A stretch of 64,000 bases of DNA, from the IMG/VR virus record IMGVR_UViG_3300046703_000335, positions 24,336 through 88,335 of that record, one strand, 5' to 3'. The notes beneath the pieces are model-generated. The model had not been told where the DNA came from. It was given only the letters and a program-made list of their open reading frames with translations, and ran no database searches. Positions 58,848 to 64,000 of the stretch are shown here, piece by piece. Numbering within the stretch: position 1 is the stretch's first letter; the number at the start of each line of letters is the position of its first letter. The DNA is from a virus. The translations under genes were made by a program, and so were the position numbers.

Positions 58848-60632
58848 CTATACCACTTTGCTAAAAACAGAATTATATAGAGCGTTAACGGAACTCTCAT
58901 CTTCCTGAAACAATACATCATCATTTTTAAAATCGATGGCTCCTTGAGCAATATCACCAACAATTTGGTTTATAAGATTTTTCTTACCTTCAAGGATACC
59001 TAAAACATGTTCATCAATAGTATCTCTATTGATCATATGGAGCAATAAAATGTGCTCCTGAATGCTACCAATACGTTGGGCTCTACCTATTGATTGGTAA
59101 AGATCCCCATAAGACCAGGGCGTATCATAATATAGTATTACCCCCGCAGCTTGCAAGTTAATAGCTGCAGACCCTGCTTGAGTGATGAAGATAATATTAC
59201 AATCCTGGCTCATATCCTGAAAGAGTTTACGAGCATTAGTTCTTGCATTAATATCCTCATCACCAGTAATCTTAACATGCTTCAATTCAAGATCATTGAG
59301 GATAGCTGATAATCTCTTAATACCTGATTTAAAACGCGTAAATACAATAACTTTTTCATCTGAAAGTTCCTGATCAAAGAGTCTTCTAAATTCAGTTTCT
59401 TTTGAACTTTCTCCATCCTCATTAAGCCATCCTGGACCATTTGACACAAGCTGGCAATAGGATAATGAAGCTATTTTATTTTTAGCCATTCCCTCTTTTG
59501 TTAATGACTCTTCATATTTAATTTTAAGTAAATCATACATCATACTCTCTTTGTCAGTAAGATCCTCTACTTTACTATTAGCATACTCTTCAAACTTAAA
59601 ATATCTCTCTTTTATTAATTTCTGATATAGCTCTCCGCTTAGAGCCTTACGATAAAGCTGCTTCTGAGCTTCTGACATTTCAAGTATAAGTTTTCGAGAT
59701 ATAAGCTGGGGAAGTTCACTAGCCACATCTCGAGTCCTACGAATTAAGAAAAAGGGATCAATAGTATCTTTAAATTGAACAAGATTCTTATATCCTGTTA
59801 CTTTATTGAAATAACGCTTTCTACCTTTTTCCCATCTTGTCATCTTTTTACGAACAGTATACTCGGAAAAAAACTTTATTTTACCGGGGAATAAACCTGG
59901 CACGATCACACGATATATATAGTAAGCCTCTTCTAATCTGTTTTTTATAATCGTGGCAGACATTCCATAGCAGTATTTAGCCTTACTTGATAATTCACTG
60001 GCACCAAACCAAGTTTTGGTTTTCATGTTTTTGAACTCTTGGCACTCATCAAGAGCAATCTGAAACACTGGTCCACGATTTTCTGAAAGAAACGTATAAT
60101 CTTCTTGAACTGCATGGTAATTAACTATTAATACGTGAGCATCTACGGTTGTATATTGCGCTTTCCTCGCCTCAAAACCACTAATAATACGGCACTTTTT
60201 ACCTGCAGCTTTTAGATCTTCAATTTTACCATATTCTTGTTTACTCTGCATTTTTCCAAATTCATCTTTATACCTAACCTGCCCATAATCATTAGTCAGT
60301 ACATGAGTAGTAATACCATTGCAGAACTTTTCAAATTCCTCAGCCCACTGTGCCATAGCTGATTTTGGCGTAACTACTATAAGTTTAAGATTTGGTTCGG
60401 ACATGAGTCGATAGACATATGCAGTTATCATTTGTAAAGTTTTGCCCAGTCCGACGCCATCTCCAAGAATCATTCGAGAAAGGGACAGAAAATGAAGGAC
60501 ACCTATAACTTGATAATCGCGCAATTGAGTAGTGGGTTTCAAATATGAACAGGGTTTCAGTGTGGCTTTTTTTGCCTGGCGAAGTTTTTGTAGGAATGGG
60601 TAATTAGAAGGTCTGCTAGAAAAACCAGCCAT
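58848..60632 (-). CDS. SNF2-family helicase
   Basis: LGDGVGLGKT (motif I), ALDECQEFKN (motif II), C-terminal helicase motifs including QSIGRAQRIG. Confidence 0.8.
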   Translation of the reverse strand: MAGFSSRPSNYPFLQKLRQAKKATLKPCSYLKPTTQLRDYQVIGVLHFLSLSRMILGDGVGLGKTLQMITAYVYRLMSEPNLKLIVVTPKSAMAQWAEEFEKFCNGITTHVLTNDYGQVRYKDEFGKMQSKQEYGKIEDLKAAGKKCRIISGFEARKAQYTTVDAHVLIVNYHAVQEDYTFLSENRGPVFQIALDECQEFKNMKTKTWFGASELSSKAKYCYGMSATIIKNRLEEAYYIYRVIVPGLFPGKIKFFSEYTVRKKMTRWEKGRKRYFNKVTGYKNLVQFKDTIDPFFLIRRTRDVASELPQLISRKLILEMSEAQKQLYRKALSGELYQKLIKERYFKFEEYANSKVEDLTDKESMMYDLLKIKYEESLTKEGMAKNKIASLSYCQLVSNGPGWLNEDGESSKETEFRRLFDQELSDEKVIVFTRFKSGIKRLSAILNDLELKHVKITGDEDINARTNARKLFQDMSQDCNIIFITQAGSAAINLQAAGVILYYDTPWSYGDLYQSIGRAQRIGSIQEHILLLHMINRDTIDEHVLGILEGKKNLINQIVGDIAQGAIDFKNDDVLFQEDESSVNALYNSVFSKVV

Positions 60633-60702
60633 ATCAGGTATCCGTTCTATAAAATTTATAAAAATTTACCATACGAGTAAATTTTATATTTATTTCCTGC
60701 TT

Positions 60703-61908
60703 CTATGAAACTGCTCTTAGATCTGATGTCTCCAAAAGTCTTACACTTTCTCCACAGGCTTGAATTCCTCTCGAACTGAGAGTATCTATTCCGAAATCTT
60801 CTATATTTATTGATGCATTTAAATCTCTGTCTTCAATATGACCACATTCACAAATATAAATTCTATCCTCTAATTTTAAATCCTCCTTTATATTTCCACA
60901 TACCCTACAAAGTTTAGAACTTGGATAAAATCTATCTACGTCTATGATTTCACCACCATACCATGCAGTCTTATACAATGATTGACGCTTTATCTCATTG
61001 AATGAAGCATCAGCTAAAGCACCTGCAAGTTTATGGTTTTTCACCATACCTAAGACATTTAAATCCTCTAATGCAATGTATCTCGGCTTGGTTTTCGTCA
61101 AGATACTTGTCATCTTATGGATTGCATCTTTTCGTTGATTACTTATTCTACTATAAATTTTCTGTATTTTTAACTTAATCTTATATCTATTATTTGAGGA
61201 CCTTTTAGTTTTTTTATCAAATTTCTTTCTTGCTAAATTCTTTTGTGCATGAGCTAATCTTTTTTTTGATTTTCTTAAATACTTGTTATTTTTAAAAACT
61301 TGACCATTAGAACATGTAGCTAAATTTTTTATACCGACATCAATGCCCAAGACAGTTTCTAATTGATTTGTTATTTCAGGTATCTCTACCTCACAATTAA
61401 CAGAAACGAACCACTTGCCTGTTATTTTAGAAATAGTCAAAGAGTTATACTTAACATTTTCAGTAGGTATATACCCTTTTTCCTTTAACTTAACTATACC
61501 AATTTTAGCTAATTTAATTTTATCGATAGTAACATGCAAATTACTACTGTCTAAGTGGTAGGTAGGTATACTTTTATGCTTAGATTTAAATTTGGGAAAG
61601 CCAATCTTTTTTCCTTTTTTAAGTCCTCGAAAAAAGTTTTTAAAAGCTTTATCTAAATCTATCAAAGCTAATTGAGGAGCACACTTAGAAACTTCGTACA
61701 TCCAAGGAAATTCTTTTTTTTTGCGAGCACATAATGATTTATGTTGGTCTATAGCTGATAAAGATCTCTTTTCACTCTCGTATAGAGATATACGCTCCGA
61801 AAGACCTAAATTATAAGCAAAACGAGCTACACCGGCACTCTTCTCGAAAAGAGTACGTTGTTTGTTATTTGGTTTTATCTCAGTTTTATATGATCTATTT
61901 ATTATCAT
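60703..61908 (-). CDS. tnpB: IS200/IS605-family TnpB (OrfB) RNA-guided nuclease-like transposase accessory protein
   Basis: N-terminal YKTEIKPNNKQRTLFEKSAGVARFAYN. RuvC-I GIDVGIKNLA, RuvC-II ALEDLN, zinc finger CRVCGN .. CECGH, RuvC-III EDRDLNASINI. All catalytic residues intact. Confidence 0.8.
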   Translation of the reverse strand: MIINRSYKTEIKPNNKQRTLFEKSAGVARFAYNLGLSERISLYESEKRSLSAIDQHKSLCARKKKEFPWMYEVSKCAPQLALIDLDKAFKNFFRGLKKGKKIGFPKFKSKHKSIPTYHLDSSNLHVTIDKIKLAKIGIVKLKEKGYIPTENVKYNSLTISKITGKWFVSVNCEVEIPEITNQLETVLGIDVGIKNLATCSNGQVFKNNKYLRKSKKRLAHAQKNLARKKFDKKTKRSSNNRYKIKLKIQKIYSRISNQRKDAIHKMTSILTKTKPRYIALEDLNVLGMVKNHKLAGALADASFNEIKRQSLYKTAWYGGEIIDVDRFYPSSKLCRVCGNIKEDLKLEDRIYICECGHIEDRDLNASINIEDFGIDTLSSRGIQACGESVRLLETSDLRAVS

Positions 61909-62034
61909 GTATTATAATAGGCTATCATTAGCATTTAACAGCCTCCCTGACCATGTTTCCAAAAACAAATCCATCTAATCTATAAGATTTGATAGACAGC
62001 TAATAAATTTCCAAAAATTGATAAGTCTATAGTA

Positions 62035-62081
62035 ATGAATTTAAAGTATAAGACTCTATAGCTTATACTTTAAATTCATTA
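62035..62081. repeat. Perfect 19-bp inverted repeat with a 9-nt spacer
   Basis: aatgaatttaaagtataag-actctatag-cttatactttaaattcatt. Confidence 0.6.
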
Positions 62082-62196
62082 CTGGATTTTAAAGTACGTA
62101 ATAAATAATTACTATACTTTTAAAATCAATTCAAAAACATTCTTAGTTAAATCTATATATAGAAAAAAGTTTTGTCAATACTACTTTAGAAGTAAA

Positions 62197-63459
62197 TTAT
62201 CGATTCATTCGTGCCAGCTCATCAGCGACACTTTTTAATTTTTTACCAGCTTTTGTGTGCTGCTCTGATTCTTCATATAAGTCCTTTGCAACTCCACTAG
62301 ACCCCCCACTATATCCTCCCGTAGACCCGCCAATTCCTCCCTGGGACATGCTCATCGCTGCATCCTCTTCCATAGAGGCTTCCTCTTCGATGTATCCTGC
62401 AAGAACTTTTCGAGCCATACGTTTAATCTTATACTTATTTGAGGAAAATCTTTCATTATTTGTCATAGGACTCCCCGTTGGTTTATCTAACTCATCCCCA
62501 CGTACTCTGTCTTTACTCTGTTCATCTACAGGTTCAAAAGGAGATTTTTCAGTAGGAGGTTGTTGATCTGCTTTATCTTTTAAAGAAGGCTGTTGAGGCT
62601 GCTCTTTTTGCTGAATATCCTGAAGATATGGTCCTACTATCTTATTAAAATAGTTAGGACCTCCCATATAATGACCCCCTGGTACACCATCTGTTTTTGG
62701 GATACTATGATCAGGATAAACTAATTGATTTAAACTTAAAGACCAAATTCTAAATTCATCAAATATCCCAAAGAAACTTTGATAATTCAAAGGGGGGAAT
62801 TGCCCTCTTGATGGCACCCCGCCATTCAAAAGGATATTAACGGTATTACTAGGGGGTTCCTTCACATTACAATATACTGATTCACCTGAATTATCTATAG
62901 AAATAACATTAGAATTGCTGCCAGGAAAAAGATCAATATCCTTCTCAAATACTTCTGGTGTAACATTGGAACTCTTAGGATATATATTAGCAGTACCTTC
63001 ACTTTTTGTCCCATCCGGATTTAGCATTACTTCGTATACCACTAAGGATTTTCCATCCTGAGAATACTGTGTTGTAGATATGACTACTTTAAGCCAAATA
63101 AAATAATCCGCAAAATATTTACCGTGATTACCACCCTTAAGACTATTAACAAGACTGATTCTTTTATCATTATTGCTATTATCTTCTAATATGCTTGTGA
63201 TACCCTTAAAATTTATGCTATTTGAAGGAAGAGCATTGTAGTAATAATATCTTTTTCTTGTGACCGGTTTATCTACATTCATATCTGGAGCCGGGGAAAG
63301 TGAATCCTGTGCAGGAGTCCCAGGGGATTGAGGAGAAATTCCTGATGCAGGAACCGGAGCACTTTGAGGAGACACTTCTTTTCCCGCTACTACATTTCTT
63401 AAAACGTTATTTAAAATTTTTCTATTCAGCATGCTATCCTCTAATGATTGGTCTACCAA
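62197..63459 (-). CDS. Hypothetical protein with a Pro/Gln/Ser-rich N-terminal region (possibly structural)
   Basis: ORF. Low-complexity PQ-rich segments. Confidence 0.35.
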   Translation of the reverse strand: MVDQSLEDSMLNRKILNNVLRNVVAGKEVSPQSAPVPASGISPQSPGTPAQDSLSPAPDMNVDKPVTRKRYYYYNALPSNSINFKGITSILEDNSNNDKRISLVNSLKGGNHGKYFADYFIWLKVVISTTQYSQDGKSLVVYEVMLNPDGTKSEGTANIYPKSSNVTPEVFEKDIDLFPGSNSNVISIDNSGESVYCNVKEPPSNTVNILLNGGVPSRGQFPPLNYQSFFGIFDEFRIWSLSLNQLVYPDHSIPKTDGVPGGHYMGGPNYFNKIVGPYLQDIQQKEQPQQPSLKDKADQQPPTEKSPFEPVDEQSKDRVRGDELDKPTGSPMTNNERFSSNKYKIKRMARKVLAGYIEEEASMEEDAAMSMSQGGIGGSTGGYSGGSSGVAKDLYEESEQHTKAGKKLKSVADELARMNR

Positions 63460-64000
63460 TCAGCTCAAAAATATCAACGACATCTTTATCCGAAAATGGG
63501 TTCAAATAATTCCGATTACTATCTATTGTTTCACCAGCTATAACCATAAGATATATCTTACCCAAAAGATCAGGGTTATTATGATACCCCATACCTGATC
63601 TCATAAATATATAAAATTGATATACTTTTTTATTATGCCCAGTAGGCACAGTATATGTTTCAGGGTAAGTCAAATAAGGTCTTCCTTCACCTACCTTAAA
63701 TGCTGGATTTCCACCCGTAGACATCTTAAAGTCATTTCTACCGCGCTTTGCATCCGTACCCTGCCCCAAGATATAATCATTTGTGAAAGCATTCAAAGGA
63801 TCTTGAAGTTTATTTCTAACTGAGACCATTACTATATCACTTGGGCCCCCGGAATACTCCAGAGCATCAGAATAACAGGTATAATCCAGGATATCCCCCG
63901 CCAAACTTGGACTGAATGCAGGGAGACGGTCTACTATATTTGATATTATAGAATTAGGGATATCATATCGAGTTATCTCATACGCAGTACCACTTTCTTC
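63434..64000 (-). CDS. Hypothetical protein, 5' end lies beyond the window end
   Basis: Reading frame remains open upstream of the listed TTG start through position 64000. Confidence 0.35.
   Translation of the reverse strand, partial: EESGTAYEITRYDIPNSIISNIVDRLPAFSPSLAGDILDYTCYSDALEYSGGPSDIVMVSVRNKLQDPLNAFTNDYILGQGTDAKRGRNDFKMSTGGNPAFKVGEGRPYLTYPETYTVPTGHNKKVYQFYIFMRSGMGYHNNPDLLGKIYLMVIAGETIDSNRNYLNPFSDKDVVDIFELIGRPIIRG

Larger units (their letters stand above)
60640..62085 (-). mobile_element. Putative tnpB-only IS605/IS1341-like insertion element (approximate boundaries)
   Basis: tnpB is flanked by a subterminal hairpin AAAATTTAC..GTAAATTTT (60668-60693) on the right and a 19-bp perfect palindrome (62035-62081) on the left. 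It lies in an intergenic position between the SNF2 gene and a structural gene. Confidence 0.45.

Noticed and set aside
62035-62081. 19-bp palindrome as a transcription terminator for gene 62197-63459
   Set aside because: No adjacent T-run on the minus strand. It better fits an IS605-type subterminal hairpin beside tnpB, or a protein-binding site.

Overview
This 64-kb AT-rich window is a densely packed segment of a large tailed dsDNA phage or virus; the sequence alone does not establish which. The host is probably Gram-negative or Bacteroidetes-like, judging from lipoprotein signal peptides, an SLT-domain lysin and a family 6 glycosyltransferase. Nearly every gene lies on the minus strand.

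Gene content, reading left to right:
- A roughly 9-kb glycosylation island with an FkbM methyltransferase, a pyruvyl-transferase-like gene, one GT6 and several GT2 glycosyltransferases.
- Thymidylate kinase, an SLT-domain lytic transglycosylase, HNH endonucleases, a Thg1-like tRNA-His guanylyltransferase homolog, a family 4 uracil-DNA glycosylase, an AAA+ ATPase and an Rnl-type RNA ligase.
- A cluster of ATP-grasp, SAM-methyltransferase, radical-SAM and ThiF/E1-like genes, and a JAB/MPN protein.
- An SPFH protein, sigma-like factors and a Ro60/TROVE-vWA protein.
- Structural genes including a tail-fiber-like gene, a ParB-like nuclease, NAD-dependent DNA ligase and two DprA/SLOG-like Rossmann proteins.
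- A family A DNA polymerase with 3'-5' exonuclease, interrupted by a 416-aa LAGLIDADG intein.
- A primase-like zinc-finger protein, a DnaB-like helicase and a SNF2 helicase.
- An IS200/IS605-type TnpB element.

Non-coding content:
- A tmRNA (ssrA) gene at 27186-27586, minus strand.
- A canonical tRNA with anticodon UAU.
- Two apparently circularly permuted tRNA genes at 30102-30192 and 30314-30392, in which the T-arm/3'-acceptor half precedes the matching 5'-acceptor/D-arm half.
- A degenerate ~175-bp periodic array of tRNA-like units next to the Ro60-like gene.
- Several hairpin-plus-U-tract terminators on the minus strand.

The main hypothesis to test is a virus-encoded tRNA processing and repair toolkit: Ro60-like protein, RNA ligase, Thg1-like protein, tmRNA and non-canonical tRNA genes. 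This rests on by-eye motif recognition and needs computational confirmation.
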